Part shown: positions 39,839 through 51,589 of the stretch, one piece after another
Position numbering within the stretch: the first letter of the stretch is position 1
How the letters are laid out: each line of letters starts with the position of its first letter
NCBI GenBank assembly: GCA_951406725.2
Contig: OX597836.1
Coordinates: 124,001 to 188,000 of the forward strand
Direction of reading: 5' to 3'
DNA: 64,000 nt
DNA from: Octopus vulgaris
Lineage: Eukaryota
Translations under genes and position numbers: made by a program
The notes under the pieces: model-generated
What the model saw: only the letters and a program-made list of their open reading frames with translations
Databases searched by the model: none
What the model was told of the DNA's origin: nothing

Positions 39839-40677
39839 CGCGTGCGTGTGTGCGTGAGTGCGTGTGTGTGCGTGTGTGTATATGTATATCTCTTCTATTT
39901 TTTAATAGGAAGGAGCTAGTTTCCAACAAAGATACAAGGCTCCATCTTTGGGATGTAGTCAACACAGACGAATTCACATTTGGAACTTGAGAAGAAACAT
40001 TCCCCACTGATGAACTTCCTAAACATACAAACACACGGACATCACATATACCCAGAATATAATATGATAGAATGCAAAATTCACCGTCCAGCATAATATT
40101 TTTCCCCAAAGCCAAACCCACAGTAGATAATCACTCAAATGTTGCCATCCAAAATTAGTGTCCCTTGATTTATCGCTTTCCTTATGGGACTTTCTGTGAA
40201 CTTTTGAGACATTTCACGAGACGTTTTCTATTTTCCTCCAAAATGGAGACGAACACCATTCTTCATATGATCAGCTTGAAAAATTGTTTAGATATTAAGA
40301 TATTTGTCTTAACATGAAACCAATGCTAACCTTTATACACAAGTATATGTTATCAAATTTATTGTAACCGGGTTTATTCAACTAGACTAGCTAAAAGTAT
40401 CCTCATGCGAAAATTAAAGCTTCAGTCAAAACTAAATTTTTACTAAATTTACCTTAAACGTTTCGTATTGACTTCCCCTCATTAGCAAATGTTCTGTTAT
40501 TATTCTTAAATTAGCTTCAAAATAACCTTAAATAAGCATAAACACGCGCGTGCGTGTGTACATGTGAGAGTGTGTATGTATTAGCGTGTGTGTGTACGTT
40601 TGTACGTGCGTATGTGTGTGTGTGTTTGTGTGTGTTATGCGATAATATGTAGCTGGGATGACATACACATTAATCAC

Positions 40678-40896
40678 CTCAACTGGACCTTTCTCATAGT
40701 TTCCTCTGATTTCATTTTTGAGTGGGATTGAAAGAGATAGCGAGTGCGTCCATGCTATCTGTGACAATTGAGAAAACACATTGGCAGCAGTTGGACCCAA
40801 ATCCTTTGCCCTGCAATCAGTAGTTACGTGCCTAAAGTTGCCTAAAGCATCATTCTTGCAAACTTCCTTCAGTAGCTCCATTATTCTCCAGTTCAC
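40678..40896 (-). pseudogene. best-preserved exon relic (219 nt, stop-free, phase 0-0) of the minus-strand gene
   Basis: ctaac..aacag|GTG acceptor and GAG|gtgatt donor; VNWRIMELLKEVC..DCRAKDLGPT..FSQLSQIAWTH resembles the dynein AAA1-AAA2 linker. Confidence 0.5.
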
Positions 40897-40959
40897 CTGT
40901 TCAGCTGCTAGTTAGATGCATGCCAAGATAGATGAATATGTTTGACAAACTATAATATA

Positions 40960-42243
40960 TTAGGTTGTCCGGAAAGTATGTGTCGATTTATACTAGCTTA
41001 CCTTTCGACTTATTTTAGAACATGGCTGTGTCCCTAAAATAGGATTTGACTACACCTCCATTTAGAGCACAGGTTAAGCTATCTTTTCGTGGAAGAAGGT
41101 GTATGTTCCGATAACCTGTGTTAATTCTGTAACCCTTTAAAATGGAAGATAAGAAAGTTCATTTTCGGCACTTGATGCTTTTCTTTTTCCGTAAAGGGAA
41201 AAATGCCTCACAAGCAACCAAAGAAATATGCGCAGTTTACAGTGATGTTTCTTTATCCGAAAGAACTGTACGGAAGTGGTTCGCAAGGTTCTGAGCAGGA
41301 GATTGTAGCCTTATTGATAAAGAGCAATTAGGCAGACCATCCACTACAGATGATGAGCAAATCAAGTCATTAATTGAGAATAACCCACATTACACAACCC
41401 GAGAATTGGCAGAAAGCATCAACCTATCAAAATCCGTCGTTCATGAGCACCTGGTAAAACTTGGGTACACAAATCGCGACGATGTTTGGGTACCACATGA
41501 GTTGAGTGAGAAGAACCTTTTGGATCGCATTTCCATCTGTGATTCGCTTTATAAACGGAATGAAAACGCGCATTTTTTAAAGCAAATTGTGACAGGTGAT
41601 GAGAAATGGATTATCTACCGAAATGTTCAGAGAAAGCGATCCTGGAGTAAGTGGCATGAGTCACCCTTAGCCACCCCAAAAGCGGGTCTTCACCCTAAAA
41701 AAGTCTTGCTTTGTGTCTGGTGGAACTGGAAAGGGATTTTGTACTATGAGCTTCTCCCAAGTAACCAGATAATTAATTCTGAGAAATACTGCACACAACT
41801 GGACGAGTTAAAAGCAGTAATTCAAGAGAGACCTCCAGAATTGGCCATCAGGAAGGGTGTTGTTTTCCAACATGATAATGCAAGACCGCACGTTTCTTTA
41901 GGAACCAGACAAAAATTGCTGCAGCTCGGCTGGGATGTGTTACCTCACCCGCCACATTCACCAGATATTGCTCCTTCGGATTTTCACTTATTCAGGTCTC
42001 TGCAGAATAGTCTTAATGGTAAAAATTTCAATTCCTTGGATGATGTAAAAAGATACCTTGATGAATTCTTTGCCATGAAACCACCTCAATTCTGGGAAGA
42101 GGGTATTTTCAAGTTAAAGGAAAGATGGAGACGCATTGTGCAACAGAATGGTTCATATTTGGTTGATTAAAAATATAATGGCAAGTATTTATTGACCATT
42201 TTCTTTCCTTTAAAAACCGGCACGAACTTTCCGGACAACCCAA
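40960..42243 (+). mobile_element. full-length mariner transposon (mellifera-like), 1284 bp
   Basis: TIRs ttaggttgtccggaaagt and actttccggacaacccaa; TA at 40958-59 and 42244-45. Confidence 0.97.
41142..42170 (+). pseudogene. mariner DD34D transposase, 342 codons with one in-frame stop
   Basis: MEDKKVHFRHLMLFFFRKGKNASQA..WF, TGA at codon 51 (41292), WVPHEL, TGDEKW, HDNARPH and SPDIAPSDFHLF, with 34 residues between the last two catalytic Asp. Confidence 0.95.
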
Positions 42244-43133
42244 TAGTTCGTAAAGGAAAACCATCTAGCTCTACCGTCTTATTTTTAGCACACTCAAACA
42301 TTACCTCTGGTATTTCAGAACTCGAAATCGCATCACTCCACTTTGTGCGCCGCGTATAACAGCAGACGAGTTAGGCATCAATCCCGTCGTTTCTAGTGTG
42401 TCGTTCCTTGTAAACAACTCGACAAAAGTGCTTCTGAAAAGTTATATGCATCTGTTTGAAATCGGATATCATACATTGTGAAAAAGCATCTTGAATTCAC
42501 CTGCTACGCTACACCTCCTCCACCCAATCCCATTGAACAACTTTAATAGTCTCATTTTTTAATGCAACGCAGCCTTCGTTTTTAGTGTCAAACCAAGTGA
42601 GCAAGTATTTTTCTTTGATGCTACCATTTTGATTGCAAAGTACCCATTAACAATTCATTCTTAACCAAATCGTTGATCCAATCCCGGTAGGTTTCCGGCA
42701 CTTTAAACTTTCAACTGCCTGATCCTGTCTATGACTGTAGAGGTAACAAACTTTTAGTCAGTCACTTGAAAATGTGGACAACTGGTGCTATTCCTAGGCA
42801 CCATTCCAACAGAATCTCGAATACAAACTAAACTATCAACTGCGATTCGCTGAAATTCATGTTAGAGTATATGACTACTGAAGTCGGTATCACTCAGTTT
42901 GAAACATCTGGGCAGTTTTAAGAGGTGATTGTTTCGTTTCAAGTGCTAATCCAGTCTAAGCTTAGTGTGTGTGTATGATACCATTCCATTCACTTACTTA
43001 TAAGCAGAAAGATCTCAAGGCGTCTTAAGAAATGGCAGTCCTTCATCCGTTATGGTATAAACGGCTTCAAGCATCATCTTTTCTCAAATCTATAACCATC
43101 GACCTGCCATTCGGGTCGTGATATATCATTCTT

Positions 43134-43342
43134 AAGGCGGCGAGCTGGCAGAAATGCTACCGGGCGAAATGCTCAGCGTTATTTCGTCTGTCTGTACGTT
43201 CTGAGTTCAAATTCTGTTGAGGTCGACTTTGCCTTTCATCCTTTCGGGATCGATAAATTAAGTACCAGTTGCGTACTGGGGTCGTTCTAATCGACTGGAT
43301 CCTCCCCAGAAATTTCTGGCCTTGTGCCTAGTGTAGAAAAGA
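43134..43342 (+). mobile_element. SINE family B
   Basis: Matches the family B sequence. Confidence 0.92.
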
Positions 43343-43344
43343 AC

Positions 43345-44700
43345 GTGAGCTCTAGAAATTTCCTAGAGAATACACCGACTCCAAATGACGCGGACGACCG
43401 AGAGAAGTGTACACATCGTAGTCTCTCAAAAGTAAGAATAACTGCGTTCTGGAAACTCCAGTCTCACTGATATTTACCACTTATAAATCAATTGACCAGT
43501 GATCGTTGAGGAGGTCTCCCTGCTTCTAGACCCCATTACCTCATCCCGAATGTTTAAGCGTTTAATTTTCAATTCTTCCATTGTCACAGTCTTCGAGAAA
43601 AATGGGACCTGATTTTTCTTTTGAACTCCTAGAGTCATCCACAAAACACTGAAGAAAGACAAACTCTGCGTAATGCCCAGCTATCGCGACCAATGTCTAG
43701 CAAGAGTGTCATAAAAGTGCCACTAGAAATACTCTGATTGATGGCGGCCGTCTTAGCCGATATAGAGAAAGTTGCGATAATCTTGGGGGTGAAGAAAATA
43801 CCCACACAAAACTGGTCGAGGATAGGTATGGAACTAACAAATCAAGAAAACATTGATAACATAACTGACCTGATTGACCTCTCGGATGGCATCCACTTGT
43901 CCGTGACTATGCAGAGGAGAAAGCCAAGGTGTCACATATGTAGAGTGGTGACACACTAAAAGCTTCGGCCCCAACGAGTTGTGAAAAAACAGGATTGCTA
44001 CTTTTATCAACTCCACAAACACAGCAACCACAGACCCAGCAGCAAACAAACAGCCTATAACATTAACAGTGACAACAGCAGCTACAGCATTCAAAGAGAC
44101 TGCAGATACAACAGCAGTAGAGGTTCCAAACAATAACAGCATCAGTTGCAGGAACACCAGTGACACTAAAGCACGCAACTCTCATAAAAACTCCGGTACC
44201 AGCAATAGGAATGGTATCAACTATAAAAACTACCCGAGCACCAACATAACATGACAGGACATGCCGTTCCTATTTTGGCTCTCTCAAACATGTTGTGCAG
44301 TAAAGGTGTCCAGAAAGAAGAGTAGGAGGGTCTCCTTCTAAGTAGAAAAATGGAGAAAAATGTAAAAAATTAATTCAGAGAAAATCTGGCAGGTGAAAAC
44401 TGAGTCCTACGGCAATACCAATACCAACTCCACTACTACATCACCAGAGACACCAGCATTACCACCAACACCGCAACAAACACAAACAGAACCCAATTTA
44501 CACTCACACCAACAACCAGGATAGCATTTATAAGCATAACAAACGGAAAACATTTTCAACACACGGCTGGAGACACAAACAATAAAGAATTAATAGAATA
44601 TATACATCAGCATTCAAACATTACGCACAATGCCGACATGACACCTCCACATGACATATCAACTTACATTCGAAATTCTAAATAAAAATCTCGTCGACAG
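43345..44700 (+). mobile_element. decayed Tx1-like ORF1
   Basis: TQNWSRIGME..DLIDLSDGIHLSVTMQRRKPRCHICRVVTH (degenerate CCHC), then a Thr/Ala-rich tail. Confidence 0.7.
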
Positions 44701-44799
44701 TTTTACAACCAGAGCAAGTCTTTTTCTTTAACTCTCTCTCTCTCTCTCTCTCTACCCTTCTCTCCCTCTCTCTCTATATAAATATATTTTGATTTTCTC

Positions 44800-44910
44800 A
44801 CTTCCTGTCTATCTACATTGGCTATTTTATGTCAGAGTTCTTACGGTCTATCATATATGTGGGGCTGGGCCGGAAGTACAGAGTCAGTGACGTCCCGTGG
44901 GCGGTCGAGA
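44800..44910 (+). promoter_or_regulatory. CpG-rich cluster of promoter-like motifs
   Basis: ATTGG at 44817, CCGGAAGT at 44870, TGACGTC at 44888, GGGCGG at 44899. Function untested. Confidence 0.3.
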
Positions 44911-45066
44911 AAGAGAATCGAGGGAGATCGTGTGAGCGGAAGGATAACTAGCGGAGACCTTTTTGCCTTAGGGCTGTCGCTCGGGACGGACAGTTTTAAC
45001 ATAGTCTTCTGTTTATCTTTTATGTAAATAGGGTTCATCATGTGCCTTTGTATATACATACATACA

Positions 45067-45102
<36 letters not shown>

Positions 45103-45196
45103 TTTCCTTCCGGTCTTTCAAAATGTGACCTCGTGTGTACCGTTGGCGATTTTTTTTTCCTCTGTCTTCCCTTCTCTGGATCTTTCCTTCTCCTAT

Positions 45197-45231
45197 GTTT
45201 CCGACGAAGAGCTCCGCTCGAAACGTTAAAC
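45197..45231 (+). ncRNA. minimal hammerhead ribozyme motif (unit 1, about 45103-45322)
   Basis: gttt-CCGACGA-a-gagc-tcc-gctc-GAAA-cGTT-aaac. Confidence 0.65.
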
Positions 45232-45323
45232 CCTCCTTCTTTCCTGAGCATCCAATAATACTATATTTGTTCCACGTCCTCGCGTTGTTGTGTTTTTTTG
45301 TGCTTTCTTGTTTGGATTAACTT

Positions 45324-45370
<47 letters not shown>

Positions 45371-45445
45371 CGCCATGATAGATCGTTAGCCACTACACAC
45401 ATTTTTTTTCTCTTCTTGTTTCTCTCCTTGTTTTTTTCTGTGTCC

Positions 45446-45481
45446 CTTTCTGTAGAAGAGCGTAGGCTCGAAACGTAAAAG
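45446..45481 (+). ncRNA. minimal hammerhead ribozyme motif (unit 2, about 45371-45576)
   Basis: cttt-CTGTAGA-a-gagc-gtag-gctc-GAAA-cGTA-aaag. Confidence 0.65.
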
Positions 45482-45573
45482 ACTTTTTCTATTCCTGAGC
45501 GTTATACTAATACATCTGTTTGTTTTGTACACCACCTGTCTTTGTCTTTTGTTTTTTTTTTTTCGTAAACTCT

Positions 45574-45648
<75 letters not shown>

Positions 45649-45770
45649 AAATAATCTAAATCTACACATTTCACTCAGCTATCAGTGAACTGCATCTTAC
45701 AGCAGGTAGCTAATGAAGTTCATTGCATGGTTTCATATTCCTTTGTTATTTATTAATTTTCATTGATATA

Positions 45771-47548
45771 CGAAGTGGTGTCAAAAGGTTCCGGACTAGT
45801 TATGTTTAAAAAAGAAAATAACTTATTTACATAAGTTCTATCATCTCCTATGAAATAGTCATCTCGCGCAGCAATACTCGGGAGTACTAAAAAGAAAACG
45901 GAATTTTGCAATATTATTTTATTCACTTGGTTTTACATCTTTGCACTTTGATCGCCTTCAAAGTATTCTCCATTTGAAGCAATGCATCGGTCCAGATGCG
46001 TTTTCCATTGTTCGAAGCAGTCCTGAAACTCTTGCGAAGTGATGCCTTTTAACGTCTCCGTCGTTTTTTTCTTTACCTGTTCCACATCTGCAAATTCCGT
46101 AGCACCAGCTTTTGTCACCAGTGATGACTTTCGAAAAAAGGTCCGGATTAACTTCCAACTGTTCTTTCAGTTCACGACACGCATTCAGTCTTGACTGCTT
46201 TTGATCTTCCATGTGCAAGTGAGGAACAAATTTTGCTACGACTCCTTTCATTCACAATTTCACGCTCAAAATTCGTTGGCAGGAGCTCCAGACAGAACAC
46301 ACCAGTCATATCAACAAGTTCGTCTATTGTTCGGCAACGGTCCTCCAAAATCAGTTCTTTTCGTGATGTTTTCATTCGGGGGTGGGGGTCACCCTGGATG
46401 AAGTTGCTCTTCAAGAGACAAGTGACAATTCCTAAAGCGTGAAAATCACTCGTAAACTTGTGTTTTGCTCATCGTAGCGTCTTTGTAAGCTATTTGAAGC
46501 ATGACAACTGTTTCGGTCGCCGTTTTCCTCAGTAGAAAAAAGAATTTCACGGAAGCATGCTGTTCCTTCGTTTCGGCCATCGAAAAAATCGACGAACAGG
46601 GGAGAAGCGACGCAAAACAAAGACGCACTACGTAGCTGAACGACCCCACAGGACGACGCCGGTCGGCAGACTAATGCCTGGGAGTCACATCAGATGGCTT
46701 CTAGCAGCGAAAACTGGAGCTACAACGAGTTTGTCCCACAGAGAACGTTGTCGGTTACTTTTGGGTACCTCCTCGGAAACCGACCCCCAGCGTGTCTGTT
46801 ACTTTTGGAATCCGGCCAAGAACTCGTTTTCCATAAGCAAGTCGAAAACCTTCAGCGATTCGCCTTGGATCTCGACAATGATGTTAAAACCGCGATCTTT
46901 GAGCTGCATTTTCATCTTGGAGAAGAAATGGAAGTTCGCAGGTGCTAACTCCACTGGCGAATGGAGTGGAAGCAGAAATGATACCATGTTTTTGGAGAGA
47001 AATTCACGAATGAGGAGAGCCCGGTGAAAAATCCAATTCTTCGTGCTCCACAGATTCTGTCGCTTTCGACGAATGTTCTCCCTCAAATGCTTCAAAACAT
47101 CGTAGTAGAACTCTCAGTTGGCGGTCTGGCCCCCTGGGGAAGAATTCTCGATATACAATACCACATTTGCGGGAGTGGCGCTCGTGGCAGGTCTTCCAGA
47201 TCCGCTCATCATCTTCCAGGGGCGTTCTTCCGCTTTTGAAACTCCCGTGCCACTCGAAACATTGCTTATGACCCATTGCCTCGGCGCCATAAGCTTGTCA
47301 AAACATATTCTATGTCTCTGTAGCAGACTTCCCAAGTTTAACGCAAAATTTCACGTTGGTTCTTTGTTCCTGTCCACGACAAAATCGCAGACTACAGCAT
47401 ACGCGTGATCACAGAAACACAAATTTCACAACTTGCGGAGTAAACACAGCGACGAAGTCCATTGCTAGCTCTCACTGTGCTCGCAACCGTGTGTTGCCAT
47501 TTGTAGGAGCGTTACCGAACTAGTACAGAAATGTTGGATACCACCTTA
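45771..47548 (-). mobile_element. outer mariner element (decayed), split by the inner mariner
   Basis: TIR-like ends cgaagtggtgtcaaaaggttccggactag and ctagtacagaaatgttggataccacctta with TA flanks; CFEWHGSFKSGRTPLEDDER, LRENIRRKR, ELAPANFHFF. Confidence 0.85.
45877..46775 (-). mobile_element. inner mariner element, internally deleted
   Basis: EQHASVKFFFLL..MSKTQVYE, AKFVPH, ITGDKSWCYG joined directly to FADVEQV..CIASNGEYFEGD; imperfect TIRs. Confidence 0.88.
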
Positions 47549-48419
47549 TATATAAGCACACCCATATTTATAATCATGTAATCACATGCTTGTCTTCATT
47601 TTATTCCCATCATTCACTAGCATTTTAATTTAGCAGTTAAAATAACGAGGAACCAGGGATCTTGGTGACTGGTCTACCAGTCGCCAAAAATGAGCTAATA
47701 ATGCATAGCTAGCGTCGTCGTTAAATGGGAGAAAAAACATAAAAATAAGATTGAAGCTAAAGGCCACAGAAGCAAAGAGAAAGTTAATCACTGAAGACAC
47801 GGCAAATGGTAAATGACTGGAGATGATGGCAAAATTAGTTGCTTAAAGTACATATGAAAACATACTATTAATAAAGGTCATAAAGTAACAGCCAACCACT
47901 TGTTAATGACGTCATTAGTGGCATCTAATGTAAGTAATTATTACTTTTATACCAGAGATATAGTGTTTGCTTATTTCTTTATTTCTTGCTTTATTTTTTG
48001 TATGCAGTGAGAAAGAACATCATTCTTGTAATGAGGAAATTTGTGTTGTGACTCTTCATGTAAATGGACAAACTGAGGAAGTGTGTCTCTGTATAAGTGA
48101 CGTGCTAGATATAGCAGTGAAATCACGCTTTATAGGAAAACATGGAAACTTGGATGAGTTGTTAACGCTTGAACATACAACGATTCAGTTGTAATGTACA
48201 GAGATTGCGTCAGAATTATTGACATTTGAGACACACCATACACACACACACACACACACACACACTTACATATATGTGCATGAATGTATATATGTAAGTA
48301 TGCATGTATGCATGTATGTATTCAGGAAAAAATGACGAAATTGAAATGAAGGTAGGATAGTAGAGTTTAGCATCATTTATGTTTGAGAAATTGACTGCTG
48401 TTAATGAGGAACGCAAAAC

Positions 48420-50400
48420 AACGTGAGCTTCATAGTAAACTCGAAGTAGAAGAAATTTGGTGAGTAAGGTAGAAGGGGAGAAACAGAATGAGGAGGAGAG
48501 GGGCAAGAGTGAAGATGAATTAAAAGGAAAAACTGAAGTGAGAGGGAAATTGTAAGATAAGGAAGAGATCACCAACCTCAGAGGAGATGTTGGCGCAGAG
48601 ATATTCCAAAAGCCAAATAAATTTAAGGAAAAAAAATCTCCTAAAGAGTTACAGCATTTATAGAAAAATTGTTCAAGTGGAAAGAAAAAGAACGGTTCAT
48701 TTGTTATTATGTCTTTGTGAAGCGGTCTATGAACAAATTAGAGAACTTAATGAAGCATGAAGTCGGAGCAAGCACAGATAAAGAAACCGGCAATAACGAT
48801 AGCTTAGGTTCCGTAAAGAATTGGAACAAAGAAACTAACTTTGTGCCTGAGGATGATGCCAAGAAAGTGTAAATGACGAAAATCTATATCAACACTACCT
48901 CTCAAAGCAACCGTAGAAATTAAGAAAAAAACCCCAATCAAATTGAAGTTATCACTTCCACGAAGAACAGAATAAGAGAACCGTCTGGAAGAGACATATA
49001 CAAACAGAAGAGACATATACAGACAGAAAACTAAAATTTAAAAACAAGGAAAAAAAACTAATGTCAAAAACAAGGGCATTGGAAAACAAAACGTTGAACA
49101 CAAACCCTGTGTAGGCTCCACATAAAGGGTTTCTGTTGGCGTGAAGAGGTGGAGACAAACTGGCACTTTGCCCAGCCCAGATTATTAGAGCTGTATTGAA
49201 CGTAGAAAATACTTGCCACTAAACTAACAGGACAGAGAAACATATCCGAAGAAGCTAATAATCCACAAGACACCAGCAGTAAAGCAGAGGAATCACCTGA
49301 AGAAAACACACCATCTTACGCCCAATGAATTTCTTTCAGATCTCTCTAAAATGCTGTTCATGAAACAATACTCTAACCGAGAAGTAACAACAACATTTTG
49401 AACTTCTGTTTCACAAAAAACATGGAACCTATCCACAAGAAAAAGGTGACACCATAACGTAATAGAAGTTACACTGTATGGCCTCAAGCAAATCAAATGT
49501 ATACAATATGTAGCAAGCATTCGAACTTTATCCAGTCTGAATTTCTACACAACTGATTGGAAATTGCTTCAAAAAGAGATCCTAAAGCGAAATCAAGCCG
49601 AAAGTTTCTCTACATCATGTCTAATATGCATTAAATTTGCAGTAGGGAGAAAAGTCGATGCACAAAAGCATTTCTAGATACTAGTAAGTCCTAATGAACT
49701 GATAAATAAAGCTCTTATATCGCTTAAAAAACTGAAGGGCAGCGAGGTGAACCATTTGAAAAAGAGGTTTCCAAAGATCGAAAACAAATTTAGACTTTCC
49801 AACAAAAACGAAGAGAAAGTAAGAAAAACCAAGGCGATTGAGAATTTAAAAATGATCCGAAGGTTTTCTACAAATTGGGAAGAGAATCCGTCTTGGTGGC
49901 TTAAACAATGGGGATGTAAAATGGGGCAACGGAAACAGGCCAACGACTGAAGACTCCCAAAAGAATAAGTGAACTACTAAATAAACAATTCCAAAGTGAT
50001 TCCTTTTCACTACTCTGAAATATATAAATACAAAAGATTGCTGAGTTCCTCAACAGCACATCTCTACTCAAAGAAGAAGCAATCGTCGATTATTTCGACA
50101 TAACAGAAGAGAATGCAATATCGGCAATTGACGAACCCGACAACAAATGCCGATAGTTTTCCAGTAATTCTTTGAAAGAAATGCAAGGCCTCGCAAAACC
50201 ACAACAAATATTTTTTCAGGGCTTATTTGCAAGTGGTAAATTTCCTAAAAAGTTAAAAGATATAATATGCTCTGTTCATAAGGATAAAATAGAGAAGAAA
50301 CTAAAACTTACAAGCCATCTCTCTGACATTACAAATTCATAGAACGCACTGTCAGATAGAAGTTGATTATGTTCCTATAAGGAAATGGCTAGCTGACATG
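48420..50400 (+). mobile_element. highly decayed CR1-like LINE (ORF1 remnant and RT N-terminus)
   Basis: CRLHIKGFC..HFAQP (CCCH-like), ELLNKQFQS, DSFPVIL and a KTYK(P)ISLT remnant. Confidence 0.55.
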
Positions 50401-50533
50401 CAGCTTGTCTTGTTTTGGAGTTTAGCCTAAAGCAATGACAATATAATAAATTAAAAGTCACTAGAAATCTAGGTTAGTTGCTATATATTTTACAAGAAAA
50501 TTGTTATTAAGCTTTCATTATTAGATGTCAGAA

Positions 50534-50728
50534 AAGCGGCAAGTTGACAGAATCGTTATTACGCCGGACAAAATGCTTAGCAGCATTTCATCCGTCTTTG
50601 CGTTCTGAATTCAAATTCCGCCTTTCGGGGTCTATAAATTAAGTATCAATGAAACTCTTGGGCCGATGTAATCAACTAGTCCCCTCTCTAGTCCCCAAAT
50701 TTCAGGCTTTGTGCCTGTAGTAGAAAGG

Positions 50729-50730
<2 letters not shown>
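50534..50730 (+). mobile_element. SINE family B with internal deletion
   Basis: Matches the family B sequence. Confidence 0.85.
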
Positions 50731-50786
<56 letters not shown>

Positions 50787-50787
<1 letters not shown>

Positions 50788-51495
50788 GTTTAGCTTTTGC
50801 TTCGTATTTGAACAAGTTGACTCCAAGTCTCTCTCAGAAACCTCAAGAGACAAGCTAAAAGTTCAAGTTGATCTTATGACTAGGGTGCCGTATATTTGGC
50901 TTTTCACAGAGTATTGTTTTAGAGAGTGCCTGTCAAAGCATAAGAAAATTAGAAGTTTGTTTAAAAATTATTTTGGTCATAAGATGACCAAAACCTTGAG
51001 ATGACAGTAAAAGGTGCTTGCTATTTTGTACATTTAAAAGTACTTTTGACAATTTTTACAGATTAAAATATTTTTGAAATTACATAGACAATATTTTTCG
51101 TGGATTATGAGCAGTTCCCATGAGCACTATTTTTTAAAATTTCTTCCACTTTTGGATTTCCTGGTATCTGAGATAGGTAGTAATCAGCCCCCTTTGCTAT
51201 CATTCAAGTATTGCTTTAGTCTTGCCAATTTCTATTTCAAAGTCTTTATATTTTGCTCAGTTTTTGGTAGGACTTGACAGATACATTTATTTTGATTAGG
51301 ACAGTCATATAGATCAGAAGGCATAATTTTTATAACGTCTGGCTTATTTGCATCTATCTTTGAACAGTAAAGTTCCAAGAGAGTGAGATGTGATAATTTT
51401 CAAGCACTGATGGTGGTTTGCGTTATCACCAGTTTTAATCATGGGGTAGGTCCCAGTCTTCGCAAATTACTTCCGCTCTATCATGCCTGTTGAGA

Positions 51496-51496
<1 letters not shown>
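50787..51496 (-). mobile_element. non-autonomous R4/Dong-like deletion derivative in (AAT)n
   Basis: ANKPDVI, QKLSKYKD.EIEIGK, QIPGNPKVEE..IVLMGTAH; 5' motif shared with the 19783 element; (ATT)n on both sides. Confidence 0.8.
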
Positions 51497-51568
<72 letters not shown>

Positions 51569-51589
51569 TCTCTTTATTACAGATTTTGT

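Noticed and set aside
47662-47687. 11-bp hairpin ttggtgactgg-tcta-ccagtcgccaa
   Set aside because: The palindrome is real but has no context to assign it; a bacterial-type terminator makes no sense here.
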